From Laetmonice hystrix (lineage: Eukaryota), in the NCBI GenBank assembly GCA_965235115.1, contig OZ249436.1, forward strand, positions 35,216,001 to 35,280,000: DNA of 64,000 nt, in the 5' to 3' direction. Made by a program: the position numbers and the translations under genes. Positions within the stretch are counted from its first letter, which is position 1; every line of letters begins with the position of its first letter. Positions 1 to 13,033 of the stretch are shown here, one piece after another. The notes beneath the pieces were generated by a model. It saw nothing but the letters and a program-made list of their open reading frames with translations. It had not been told where the DNA came from and searched no databases.

Positions 1-2469
1 TTCAACTCGGCCCGCATTTCCAGTTCTTTAACAACTACCCCAACCTGGCTTTGATTTTGCTGGGATTTCAAGTGCCGATTTGTTGACGTTTAAACTGGTC
101 ATATTCTTTGGGTATCCGATATGTAACCTATATTCTACACTCGAGCACATAAATCTGTCTACTATGACCTGCGTCTGTTTACGTGGGCGCCAACCCTCAA
201 CACCGACGTACTCTCCTAGCAGGTATGAATAACTTTATGACAGGCAGAATGTAGCTGGAGGGATGGCATTCCTCAGGGCCTTCCTCTGGGCGCATATAAT
301 TACATGACTCGAATTAACAATCCTTAACACACCCATAACCAGGACTGACCGGGGGAAAACTGTCAATCTATTGGACTTTGAGGTCCATCCTAAAGTTGAA
401 TAATGAATTTGGGTCACCTTAGAATAAAACTAAACTTGAATCTATGGGGTCACGACAAGGAAGGGGAGGGAAGAAGATGAACAAAGAACACTGACAAAAA
501 AAAGTGGGGCTCCTACAGAAAAGTCTGGGAATAGGGGGTGCAGCCGGAATCACGTCAGGAACATGTCAATGTGTAGAAAGAAAATATCCTTCCCTGGCGT
601 CGAGTCAGCAACAAAGGTCGATCAATGGTGGTCAGTTTGTACTGAGAGAGGTCTACAAACGGGACAGCAGGCGGATACAATGGAAAACTCCTCATTCTCA
701 TTGTTCTCATTGTTCTCATTCTGGGTCAAAATGTTGAAGGACAAGCCCAGGCCAAGAAATTCACATCATACATTTAATGGAGTTAACAGTATAACATATA
801 CTCACATCCAATAACTATATCATTATATCCATTTGGGATGACAACACCAAGATTAAACATATAGGAACTTTGCGTGAGATTCTCCCCTACATGTTCAGCG
901 TGGTCAGTTTTTGACAGAATCTAAACGGTTATTTCACATGATTATTATATATTATATACACCATCACGTATATACTTGAATTCCAACTAGACAGCTTATA
1001 ATTATCAAGTTATATGGAAAAATTCTACTGAAAGCATGTAGCCGCGCAGATTAGCGGAACACATTATAGTCGGAAAGGCTAATCCAGTATGACCCTTAGA
1101 GGTGTACTAAATTGTCCGGCCCACGCCCTCATTGCCCCTCCTCACCTCCCTCTTCCCACCCAACCCTCATCAGTCTCCGGCGGCTTCATTCAAGTGCTTC
1201 ACCTCTGTTTTAGAGTGCCTCTACTTTTTCAAGAACTGTAAATATACCCATGTGCCATCTGTTCCCGCATTGCATAGCGCTTTTCATCGACGTGCTTTCG
1301 TTGAATACTCCACTCAATAAGTCAATGTAAGCCGAGCGTGTCGACTTGACTGGCACGAATCCTGCATGCGTTCCTTTTCAATTTCAAAATTGTATATATA
1401 CATGTAGATTGATACCATGAATACGGACAATGAATCAAACTTATATTCTATACACAAGCTAATAAATAAATCTTGATCAATTGATTGATGGATTGGATAC
1501 AACGTAACGCTGTTAATACTGATGGTGATACCTCTATAGGCTATAGCACATCACGAAACGACACATGGCATGGTATATTATATAGATCTACTCATATAGT
1601 GTTCATTATTATGTTCCATTATATTGTAAAAAATAATAATATTATAAATACAATGTACATATTGTAATATCCCATGTTTACTCGTGTACATATTACCAGA
1701 AATAAGACATTGCTGGATTGTGATAAATTATGCTTCAATAACCGCGTGCTTTCGCAAAATTAATGAATTGACGTCAACATCATCATCCAAAATCATCCAA
1801 AGATAATGGTGGATATCGGAAACCAAGATAGACCAAAAAATGGGTACATTTCTTGACTGGTGTAGACACCATAAAAAGGTTAACCCGATTCTAAATCTAA
1901 TGTAAGCTGCTCAATCATCAAGGCTTTGCTGACCACAAACGTTTTCTAACAGGTCTATCTACAGTCTGTATAATATAACCTGACGTCATGATTCATGACT
2001 GCAGTATTATGGTGACGCGCATCTTTCAACTTACTTCATTTTATAAGGATATATAATTGTCATTACAATGCACAGAAACGATGTATTGTATTATAGAGAC
2101 ACAGGTCCCCTAGTTTCATGCCGTTAAATTGATCTGGAAACCTATATCAAGGAAAGACATGATTACATACCAGTTTTGATGGTCCACACGGTTTTAGAGA
2201 TCACGTGACCCACGAGTTGGAGGATAATCCACGCTGTCTTTGGTCACTGGATTAACATAATTACTATGTACACTAACCCCTCTATGTGCAGTCTGTTGCC
2301 AACCACTTGCTTTGTCTACTATAGCATTTAAACGAATTCAGCTTTAAGCGAATTCCCTCACTTTTGACAATGTTATCGAATAGTGTCCAAGTGATCTGAA
2401 ACGTTTCGAGGATAGTGTACTCCTTCCAGTCTTCTACACATCAACACCTGAGGGTACGTCCTTCCACGT

Positions 2470-3798
2470 TTAGGAGAAAAGTCGTCGCCGTCTTTTCTTT
2501 CGTTCCGTCCTGTTTTCGTCAGTTTGGTCGCGTTTGGGTTTGGGGCATTTGTAATTTTTACGTTTGCAGCTTTCATAATTGATCTCGCTGTTGATACCTT
2601 CACGGAGCAGCTTTCCCGAGGATGCACACCGTCCCTTGACGAGCGTTGCAGGCTTGACCTGTGCTGTCCAGCGCATGTCGCACGTACATAATATGGGATT
2701 CTGGGACACCCAGATTTCCTTGATCTTCTTGATGTCGTCAAACGCACAGGGGTTTAGAAATCGGAGATAGTTGTTATCCAGCTGCAGCATCTTTAGGTTG
2801 GGCACAAAATGGAAGACTCCATCCTTTAACGATGTTATATTGTTCTGATGTAAACGCAGCGTTTCAAGCTTGCCGAGTCCCTTGAACATCTTCGGTTTCA
2901 GATACGTTAGACGGTTACGTTTGAGAGTCAACTCCTGCAGTTCGCCCATCTCAGAGAAGGTTTCATCCGCGATCCAAATGATTGGATTATCAGCCAGGAC
3001 CAGTTCCTTCAGGTTACGGGTCCCTACGAGCATGAGCGGAAACAAAGCTGGTATCTCGTTGTCGCTAAGGTCGAGCTTGGTTAGCTCGGAAACTTTCTGG
3101 AAAGATCTCGGCTGCAGGTCACGGATAGTATTGTCCGCCAGAACAAGTTCCTCCAGATGCTGAAGCCCGTTAAAGGCGTTCGGCTCAAGGATGCTGATTC
3201 TGTTATCGCCTAATTTGAGAACTTTGAGATTCTTTAGTCCCACAAACACTGAAGGCTGTAAGTGTTTTATCCGGTTGTGCATAAGGTCTAACTGTTGTAC
3301 GTTGACTGCGCCTCGAAACACACCGTTGGGCAAGTACGAGATACGGTTTCCAGAGAAGTCGAGGAGAGCGAGTTTTGTCATTCTCTTAAAGAGACCACTG
3401 GGGAGTGTCTGCAGGTGACTGCGCCGAAAATACATAGCCTCGACGACCTTTTCAAGGCCTCGGAACGCCCTCGGATGTATGTCAAGCTTCATTGCATTCT
3501 GGATGAGTTTTATCTCCTTAACCAGCAGATGCTGGAACGACCGGGGCTTGAGACGTCGGAACTTGTTCTTGCTTAGATCGATAACATCGTACGTGTTGTT
3601 GTCAGCGTAAAAGTAGGGTACACTTTTCAATGTCATCTCCGAGCATATGATCTCATCTTCCTCTTGACATAGGCAGGCATCCGATGGACACGTCAAAACC
3701 GTCGGCCATGTCAGGAAAATGATGTCAAGCATAACCAGGAGGTAAAGTAACTTCACTTTGCCACATCGAGAGATTTCGTTCTCTGCCCAGCACGACAT
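2470..3798 (-). CDS. Secreted leucine-rich repeat protein, 442 aa, single coding exon (signal peptide, LRRNT, about 12 LRRs, LRRCT, basic tail)
   Basis: Long ORF with a hydrophobic N-terminal segment (LLYLLVMLDIIFLTWPTVLT) and a Cys cap CPSDACLC...IIC. It has 24-aa LxxLxLxxNxI repeats, LRRCT NPILCTCDMRW...C...C, and the tail RKKRRRRLFS. No TM segment. The start codon could be the later Met (MLDIIF). Confidence 0.93.
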   Translation of the reverse strand: MSCWAENEISRCGKVKLLYLLVMLDIIFLTWPTVLTCPSDACLCQEEDEIICSEMTLKSVPYFYADNNTYDVIDLSKNKFRRLKPRSFQHLLVKEIKLIQNAMKLDIHPRAFRGLEKVVEAMYFRRSHLQTLPSGLFKRMTKLALLDFSGNRISYLPNGVFRGAVNVQQLDLMHNRIKHLQPSVFVGLKNLKVLKLGDNRISILEPNAFNGLQHLEELVLADNTIRDLQPRSFQKVSELTKLDLSDNEIPALFPLMLVGTRNLKELVLADNPIIWIADETFSEMGELQELTLKRNRLTYLKPKMFKGLGKLETLRLHQNNITSLKDGVFHFVPNLKMLQLDNNYLRFLNPCAFDDIKKIKEIWVSQNPILCTCDMRWTAQVKPATLVKGRCASSGKLLREGINSEINYESCKRKNYKCPKPKRDQTDENRTERKKRRRRLFS

Positions 3799-6685
3799 CT
3801 CGTATAGCGATCTCAGTTATTCAATGCTGTCGCTTCCGATCTCACTGAGTTAGCTATCTGTGTAGACAAGTGCACAAGTAGCTTCAGATGGCTGAAAGCA
3901 GATGCGACTAGCATTCAGGAATGAATGTTACTCCTGATCGCATTTGACTTGAAGTGTGTGTTATAAGTAGAAATCCACCGTGGTATTGGCACAAACATGT
4001 AGGTCTAAGTTCAGAAGGCTGGTCCGAAGTTAGGAGGAACCTTACGATTGCAGCTATACCTACACCTGATGTTAACTCCCAGCTCGGCTTGGGATTCTCT
4101 CACCTGGAGTTAGGCCACACGTATACCGAGAGCTCAGTAACAATCCTTACCCTATGTCCAACCTGAACACCTTGGTTCACGCCCAGACTATGAGCGCCCC
4201 GCAATCAGCGTTCGTCTGCTCCGGTAACGTTCGTTTGCCAGACTCTTCAGCATGCGTACATCCCGCTGTCTCTTATTGTAGCCGACTGCCCTTAAAAAAC
4301 CAGACACCCCCTTGTATTCTTAGCGCATGGGAGGGGCCTGAAATCGGCTTGGACGTGCCTTAACACGGATAAAGCCAAGCCGAATTAATGAAAAGACTTC
4401 TTCACTTGGAAATTGTGGCGCCTTTAGGTTTCCAGAATACGCAAGGTTGGCTCGCTCAGGGCAATACCCCGTCAGGCCATGTGCTTTGCCGCCCGACTCC
4501 CGGCGCTATCATAATGACGTATTAGTCAGAAGGTCAAGTATTCACCCGTACAATCCGACAAGCGGTGATCTCGAATGTTATCCAGCTCAGGTGATTATCT
4601 ATAGCTTCCGGGCAAGATCTGAGGCCGTCTTACACTTGTGTGCTATTATACCTGTCTGTCATATCCGACAGTCGGCTTTGGAATGAGGAGGGTCAAAACA
4701 GACACAGTGAAGTCAGTGGCGGTGTTGATGGGGGCTGGCTGCTGTGTGAACCGCTGCGTGCAATGTTGACTGCTGGCTTGCAGCCGAGTGATGTAGCGTT
4801 GTCCAGGTGAAGTCGGGATGTAATGCGGCGGTGTATATATACAGCAATCTCTGTGACACCTGGTCGAACTCTGCTCCGGCCGCTACTCTCACGTCGACAC
4901 GGTCTCTGACCGCACACTGACGGAGTCAGGTGAACCTCGCACGGGGATGGCGACCGAGGCGCCCACTCTTCATGTTAACCGTGGCATATTCTAAAGTGCT
5001 GCACTGAACCCAAGCGGCCTGAAGTGAGTCGTAGGAGGCGAGGCACGGTTGATGGATACATTCCAGCTTTACTGCGGCATGTATGAAATAACGAAGGCCC
5101 AGTGTATGTGTATGGACATGATATATCCCCAGGCTTATCACCCCACATTTTTATAGGCTGAGATGACTTGGGCCTGCAGAGAAACCATCCCAATATTTAC
5201 GTGCCAATAATCCAAGCCTTTCATTTGCTGGCTGACGTCCACAATTATGGATCAGCTTTCTGATAACGGTTCGACACGATCGCGTTAATTAGAGAATCGT
5301 GTTAGATTGGCACCGAGTGCAGGAGACGATCATCTTTATGGGATGTGGCTGTTTGAGGTTAAATCCTGCTATTACTCTTGAAGCGTACCCTTGTCAACGC
5401 TATAGAATTTAACGGGCAACGTTAATGGTAGAACTAATTATTTGACCTGCAAATGCACCGTTTTTCTCTAGCTGGCATTGGTGATGTATACTGTTCAATA
5501 TGGGGTAGAAGCCATAGGCTGTTCTCCCGGCAGGTTGTCGGCAAATTCATTCATGACACTTCTATCGCTTTAGCTAAAATGCTGCAGCTGTGAACGAAAC
5601 CAATCTTTCTATGCGATTGGTTCTTACACCTGAAAGGCCATGGGAAACAAGTCAATTTGAAGATAGGAGCACATCCAAAAGGTTCACTAAAAATACCCAG
5701 AAACTTTGCATCAGCTATATATCTAAATATTGGATTGACTGTTCACCCTCACTGAAGATTCTACAAATTTGAGGTGACTCCTCGTCACTTCCTATTAATA
5801 ACTCCCAATAAAAATTCCCAAATATAAAACAACTTCTTTGACACACACAGTGCTTATCAGAGGAAGCAGACGTAATTGTTATCACGAAAAGGCGGAAGAG
5901 TGTATGCACCGCCACACCAGCCGTCTCACAATGCACCATGGTGATAATTTCTGATCCCGAGAGAGAAAGCAGCACGATAGAACAATTGCTGCTATGTCGC
6001 TGAACATCAATAGATTAGGCCTGCTTGGAAATGACGCGAAAGATACCTGTAAATCATTACTACAATAACGTCTGTATGCGCCTTGTATCACCTGATGGAT
6101 TGGTTTTCTTGGAAGTTTCGGGATACCATGCAGGGTTACGTACAAAAACTCTTCTGGCGGTAGTCAAGATACACGATACCACTTTCAATCAGGCATTCGA
6201 GTCGGCCACCGTACAGGTCACTGTAGTGTCAGATAACGTGGATCTAAACACCACTTCTTTTTTCTTCCTCGAAACCTTCATGTTTTTCTCTCAGTATTTC
6301 TTCTGTTATCTTTAATTATTTTGTTTCGTCTTCTTTCTCGCCAGTTTTAGCTTCACTCAACGTTATATTATTTGGAAGCTATAGGTGCATGGTATTCCGA
6401 CAAATAGTTGAGAAAGGACCTAATAGGGCTAGCAGGTCTAACAGGCATGATGGAAGGGGCGTTTCAAGCAAGCTGAGAGTCGTTGAGCGAAACACACTTC
6501 TAGGTTCCCATTAGATTGCTAACAACATAGGCGTTCATAAACCCGAGATCAATAGCGATATCCGATAACAAAGAAATCCTCCTGCCTTAACCTCTGTTTG
6601 ACCTATATCCTCATCATTTTGCATGGGATGTGAAAATGGAGGTGGACTTTTATTGACAAGGCTTTGTGGAGGCCGAAACAGGAGA

Positions 6686-6767
6686 GGGCGGAGACTAGAG
6701 CCAATCAGAATGACGGACAGAGCACGTGACAGGACCCACCAACCGGACAAGACGAAGTGAGCGGAAG
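6686..6767. promoter_or_regulatory. Promoter-like motif cluster: GC box, CCAAT box, E-box, ETS site
   Basis: GGGCGG 6686, CCAATCAG 6701, CACGTGAC 6723 and CGGAAG 6762 within 82 bp. Confidence 0.45.
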
Positions 6768-7529
6768 CCAGACTCAAGTTTCACAATTACAAGCCAACCT
6801 GTCCGCATAACAGCGATATCTTCTCACATCTTGTAATGGTAGTTAATATCCCGGTGTGTTGGCTTGCCCTAGTCACAGGCCGTGAGTAAAATATAAAAAA
6901 GGAGAAGCAGAAATCTGAAGAAAGAAATAAAAGGACAGAAAATCTGGCAGAACTTTTCTCATGGTGCAAACAATGTGTATTTTTCCGAATCAGGTGTCTT
7001 TAAACGTGTACATGCAGGTTGTCCACTGTAACGGATAGGACAAGGAGTGTTATAGGCTGTATACATACAGATAGAGTGACCGATTTTATCGTATGAGTAA
7101 AGAAGCTGAATCAACTTTTTACGCCGAACTCTGCACGTTCTTTCATTTCGCCCTATCTAGGTGTAGAATTCGAATGGAGAACTCTTTATACCACCAAGAA
7201 ATAAATAAAAACCATTCCGAACGTTCTTGTCTCTCTTCCCAGAATGTAAACATACAAATGACGTTTCGGACCGGTCTCTTTTTGAGAGAGAGAGTTCCAG
7301 TCTCACGATGCATTCCGCGAGGAAAGTAGCTCGGTCCGAACGTCTTGCAGACGTATACGAAACAACCCCACAAAATTAACTTGGTGATAATAATAATTGA
7401 CATACATAATAGAGGAGTTGGCAGGGGGCATGGCGTCACATATAGGCCTAGGCGGTTTCGTTAATTGAAGCTTCGTCCACGGAGTCGGGGATCCAGTGTG
7501 TTTACCCGCCTGTCTCCCTGTGTCCGTGG

Positions 7530-7560
7530 GACCCCACCCCGACCCCGACCCCGACCCCCA
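7530..7560 (-). repeat. (GGGGTC)n tract on the minus strand, potential G-quadruplex
   Basis: Plus strand GACCCCACCCCGACCCCGACCCCGACCCCC: five C4-C5 runs. Confidence 0.75.
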
Positions 7561-10013
7561 CTCAAACCAACTCTCCACCATCAAACAGCGCTCCTCATAT
7601 GGAAGCATTATGTCACGTGATCAGCCTCTCATACATCCGTCCTGGAGAGTCCTTTCAAGATAGGAAGTTCGCGACCAGCTGAACGGAATGGTTTATGCGC
7701 AGCCACGCCCATCATGGTGGACCGAGCCCTTTTTCCCTCTGTCTAGACACCGAGAAAAAAATACATTGTGCTCTTCAGACAACGGGCATCTATAATCAAC
7801 GCTGGAACGCCAAGTCTGCTTCTGTGGCTTTGGTGAGATTGACACGGGTGACTTGGCTGTGCTCTGCCAAAGAAACAGTCAAAGTGATTACAACGATTTC
7901 GTCTATAGCTGATTAAATGGCGTTCAAAGTAATGAAAATACTGATGTAGGCCTACGTGATGTAATCTTCTCTACATTAGCTTCTTCGAGATATAGAGGGC
8001 AAACACAAATAACCAATTAATATAGTCTCGTATAGATACGGGGGGCTCCTTTCGGGAGAACCCCTCTAAAACTAAGAATGCCTCTTCAAAGTTATGAACC
8101 CGATAGGGCACACAGTTACGTCTGCATCATTTTAGTCTTTACTCCGTCAGAAACCATGCTGAAAGAAGGAGCTCATTGTATAGTTGGCTTTAAACCTTCA
8201 AAAGAACACCCACCCACCCACATTCACATTTCCGAAGACGTGCTGACACATCATATTTACTCATGCAATAGAACGCTTGGAGGGAACCCCCCGGTTTGAA
8301 AACTTAATTTTCCGGGACCGGAGACTTTGAAACAAACTTGGTGACAATAAACTGCGTCGTGCTCAGGTCGCAGTAAATCAGCCGCCACACGTGTGACTTG
8401 TGTCGGCGCCTGGCCAGCGTCAACTCGCCCCGATCGCCAACGGCGTCTGGCAGCCGCCACCTTCTCAGCGGATTTGTCGGACTCCCGCTCTATCTCCGTT
8501 CGACCACCAGCATCTAAACCACCAGCAGCCAAGCGTCGCGCTCCATGCCGAGGTGTTCCCATTAAGTTTCCCCTTCCTGCTGAGCCGAACCCACCTGCCT
8601 GGGCCCCGATATCTTACATGTCCCTGAATCCATCTCGACCGACACGTTGAGCGGAAACATGACGCCTGGGCCCACGGCGGGCTGGCTTTAAGCGGCAGAA
8701 TAACAACAACGTGGAGTATCCTCTCGGGCACAAAGCGTCACACGACGGGACGTCGTCCTCGGGCCTGGGTGATGGGCTATATCGCTGAAAACCTGGGACG
8801 GGAGACTTTGACATTGTAAAGTGTACCGCGTGTCATGTCAGTAATATAAACCTGACGAGGGGAAACTTATTGTCTGCTATCTCACTGCTTAGTTTCTATT
8901 TTCGGGTTGTTTCTATAGGCCTATGAACCGCAAGTAGCAAAAGATGTAGGCCTAATCTAGCCTATCTCTATTTATTTTCTTAATTTTCTGCCGCCTCCTT
9001 TTTCATAAACCGAAGTCATTCCGATCAAGGTTCTATACTCAGTTAGGCCTATTTGTGCAAAGACAGCTCCCATATCTTTATTTATGTGTGAGGGTCTTTC
9101 CCCTCTGACTGAAGCGTCTTTAATTCAGCCTTCTACAGATCAATAGGCATATAGCTAGAAGGCAATCCATGCACCCGGCTTCACAAGCAGCAGAAACGGC
9201 AACAAAAAACACTTCATAACTTCCTTCTCCCCCTTCTCCAAATGCCCGACTGCTAAGAGATCAGAGTAGAGCCACATGCATTCACGGAGTTATGATTAAA
9301 CAACCATGACGGATCACGCCATTGTGACCGTGTCATCAATAATATCACGCACCCAGTGGGCAAAACAATTGACATGACAGCGGCCCAACCTGCCCCGAGC
9401 AATCATGGTGAATATTCTATTAGGGACAGCCAGGGAGACAGTGCGGATCCGGGGACATATAAAATATAGTAGAAATCTTTCCCCACGCCACCGATATTTT
9501 GGGAATCCAATAACTCCCGGGTGTCCGTCCCATTACGATCAGAGTACCGTCTGCCCCAGAGCCATCATACTATAGTGGCTCCGTATAGGCCTACGCTGAT
9601 AAGTGAACGGTGGCCTATACTTTCGAAACTGGATTCTTATTAGAGAATGTCTTTGGAACTGAACAGTTATATTAAAGAGACATTACTCGGCCCATGTAAA
9701 CTATAGAAAGCAGGCGCTTGTCCAGGATTTTCAACAAGGGAAAAGTGGGTCAGGAAAGTTTTAAAAATTAGAAGTTCTGATATGCGATTTCCCGCCATTT
9801 AGGTTCCAGTTTTAGAGCATTATATTTTGTGGATTCATCGCTCAACGGCTTCGCACATGCTGTTCGACGTTATTCCGCTGAATATAAAAGAAGAAACTCT
9901 ATGCTCTGGGGGAACAGGGGGGCAGCATGAAGAATAAATAATAAACAAAAGAAGCACGATAGTCAATCACATCTTGGGTAACGTTAAGTCGATATCATGA
10001 CAAATTTCATGCG

Positions 10014-10129
10014 ACATCACCAGGAGCCAGTCAGTGGTTGTGCCACCAATGGTATCAGTGATTTCAATGTTACATCACCAGGAGCCAGGCAGTGGCTCTG
10101 CCACCAATGGTATCAGTGATTTCAATGTT
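10014..10129. repeat. 58 bp tandem duplication
   Basis: ACATCACCAGGAGCCAG...GCCACCAATGGTATCAGTGATTTCAATGTT at 10014 and 10072. Confidence 0.9.
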
Positions 10130-12084
10130 GGGGGTCTGAACGTCTCTGCGTGTGTGGCTTGTGTATGAATCCATTCGGGGGAGGCTCTGGCGAAAGATGA
10201 TCCTAATTCATTACCGTAATGGGATCCATAGAAAAGAAAGTAGATGCGTACGTGGAAAAAAATACGCTCTCCTGACTGATGTGGCAATGTCTATGACGGA
10301 TCAACAATGGCGTCTCCTTATCGGTGGTCGGAATTATTTAATGACAACGCCATTCAATAAATTGTAATAAGCTTCAATTCCGGTGACAATAGTAGCAATG
10401 ACTTTACCCACTGAGCGACTGTGTGAGGAAGGAGACGTCATGTGACAAGCCAACTGACAGTGCTAATTACCACAATCCCCACGACACACAGACCCAGGCA
10501 AATGTTGTTGTGGATATTTTTTAACCGTTCGGTAGAGGCATTCCTCAGGAGAATACGTGACAGCAGATAGTGTATGGCATTCAAAGGTTAAACTAGCTCG
10601 TATGTTTGCAAACATTCTGTCTTGGCTTTACACTAGTGTGAAAAAGTTTGAGGTTTAATATTTCAGAAAATGCTTGATGTCTTTCTACTTTGATGTTTTT
10701 GTTCTTGAACTAATAAATTGTGTTTGCTATCGGAGCATTTGTCTCCAGGCTAAACGACATGACAAAAGTAAAAGCTGTAAACAAAAGAGTAGGAGGGCTA
10801 GGATAATTTTAGCTATATTATCTAGATTATATCATAATTCAAGTCAAACCTATGCATGAGCATGAAAATAATATAAAAGTTGATATTTTTGATGTTTAGT
10901 ATTATACACGTAGGCCTACTTTGATTTCATTATATATTAAATACATTATTTTCTATTTCACCGTTGACTGCGTTTATTAGGAACATCTATCAACAACAGC
11001 GACCTTTTGGGGAGTATTAACTAACTTGAGCTGAATTACAGCGTCGCTTCCATGTAGTAGGATATCCATTCAGTACCCCCACCTCCCCCCGGTAAGGTCA
11101 CCGGTCAGTGATGATCATCTCCGTAGCTCATTCCTCAGCTTCCCGTGTCTAGACGGCTCTGTGTCAGCTCGTGTTTGCATTCCGGCAATCGTACATAGGC
11201 AATTCCAGAATCTGATATAAAATCAATGAACAAGTGCATAATTATAGAGAAGGCGGGACCTGAGGGACAACAGACCAGTCATTCAGGGACTGGGTAACAA
11301 AGTATGCAGCGAGGCAACTATCTATTTACAAGCGCTCATTCTCTAGGACCCTCAAGGCCGACATCGATAAAGTGAATTTGGGAAATTGTAGAACCTGCAA
11401 TCGGATGCATGGTCGTAGGCAACGATCCACTTTTACACTACTGGCGGTTCCCCCCATCTCCGCCCCTTTCGTGTTGGTTCTAAGAAGTTTATTCTAGCTG
11501 AGAATGGACACACATTATTTCAACAAAGATGGGCTGTGTGAGTTTGAACCTTTGCGGGCTTTGAAAAGTAGTTCTCAAAAATCTCAATTATAGCTTTTAA
11601 ATCATAATAGATCTTCACATGACCTTATCAAGACCTATGGGCTCGACTGCCAAACCATTGTCGTTATGCCGTTTCCTCTACAAAATAATGCAAAATTAAT
11701 CCTTTCTAGACTTTTGTAGTTAGGTAATTTCAACACTTTTCGCAACATGTCCCTTTAAGGACCTGCCACTAAATTCCACCAGCCCAAGATTTGCTGACCG
11801 ATTACGAAAGGCAAAAGGCGAGGTAAGAGGCCCCGAGTAAAGCGCGTTTCATGAGATTAAACTGTCAGTGGTTGTTACTCAGGCTCGAACAAATCCTTTT
11901 GGTTTGGTAAAGTACTACAATCAGCAGTTACATTGATCAGAATTGACGGCTTAACGTCGACCAAAGAGTTCAGTGCTGAGACATGATTTCACCCGAGTGA
12001 GTGTCTCATTCTGGACGTTGATCGTTCCGGCTCGACCAACTCTATCTGAGGCCAAGAGACGAGTGGGACATGAGTGAGTCGGTT

Positions 12085-12770
12085 AATTGTAGAGGGATGG
12101 TGAGGATTAAGAATGACAGTTGGCCTCATTGTAGAGGGATGGTGAAGGGTGATGACTGACAATAATTGGCTTGATTGTATAAGGATGGCGGGGTTATGAA
12201 TGACAGTTGGACTCATTGTAGAGGGATGGTGAAGGGTGATGACTGACAATAATTGGCTTGATTGTATAAGGATGGTACGGTTTATGAATGACAGTTGGCC
12301 GCATTGTAGAGGGATGGTAGGGTTATGAATGACAGTTGGCCTCATTGTAGAGGGAAGGTGAGGGATGATGACTGACAATAATTGGCTTGATTGTATAAGG
12401 ATGGCGGGGTTTATGAATGACAGCTGGCCTCATTGTAGAGGGATGGTGAGGGGTGATGACTGACAATAATTGGCTTGATTGTATAAGGATGGTGGGGTTT
12501 ATGAATGACAGTTGGCCTCATTGTAGAGGGATGGTGGGGGATGATGACTGACAATAACTGGCTGGATTGTATAAGGATGGCGGGGTTTATGAATGACAGT
12601 TGGACTCATTGTAGAGGGATGGTGAGGGATGATGACTGACAATAATTGGCTTGATTGTATAAGGATGGCGGGGTTTATGAATGACAGTTGGCCTCATTGT
12701 AGAGGGATGGTGAGGATTAAGAATGACAGTTGGCCTCATTGTAGAGGGATGGTGTGGGATGATGACTGAG
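12085..12770. repeat. Minisatellite: 87-88 bp dimers (A+B) mixed with 41-42 bp monomers; diverged remnants continue to about 13330
   Basis: GAATGACAG unit starts at 12111, 12198, 12286, 12327, 12415, 12503, 12591, 12679 and 12721. Confidence 0.95.
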
Positions 12771-12924
12771 AGTTTCCTTCGCTATGAAGCCCAGGGACGG
12801 TGACTGGTTATTGCCTTGAATGTAGAGGGGTGGTTGGGGCATGCCTGGCCCATGCTTTGATTTAGAGTGATGGTGAGGGTCTGAGGGGGCATGACTGACA
12901 GTTGAATTGATTGTATACTGCAAT

Positions 12925-13033
12925 ATGTAAAAATATTTGCCCCTATAATGTAAAACTCCCTCAATGTGTAAAAATTCTGCCCCTATAATAAAAATCCTAG
13001 TTTCCCCCAATATGTAAAATTCTGCCCCTATAA
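12925..13033. repeat. Short degenerate repeat (GCCCCTATAA x3) inside the decayed tail of the 12 kb array
   Basis: TGCCCCTATAA occurs three times at about 40-45 bp spacing. Confidence 0.6.

Noticed and set aside
2373-3576. Short ORFs overlapping the LRR gene in other frames or on the plus strand
   Set aside because: Shadow ORFs of a real coding region; no independent protein features.
6025-6315. 96-aa ORF that reads protein-like
   Set aside because: Starts at TTG, no recognisable domain, no supporting exon chain.
10592-10615. 14-bp palindrome near CTAG as a Helitron 3' end
   Set aside because: AT-rich, only 5 nt from CTAG, and no matching 5' end.
11109-11215. C box GTGATGA and D box CTGA as a possible snoRNA
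   Set aside because: No terminal stem, no recognisable guide, not in a known host intron.
11989-12378. 129-aa ORF with a 29-aa repeat
   Set aside because: Arises from an 87-bp unit; neighbouring 88-bp units break the frame.
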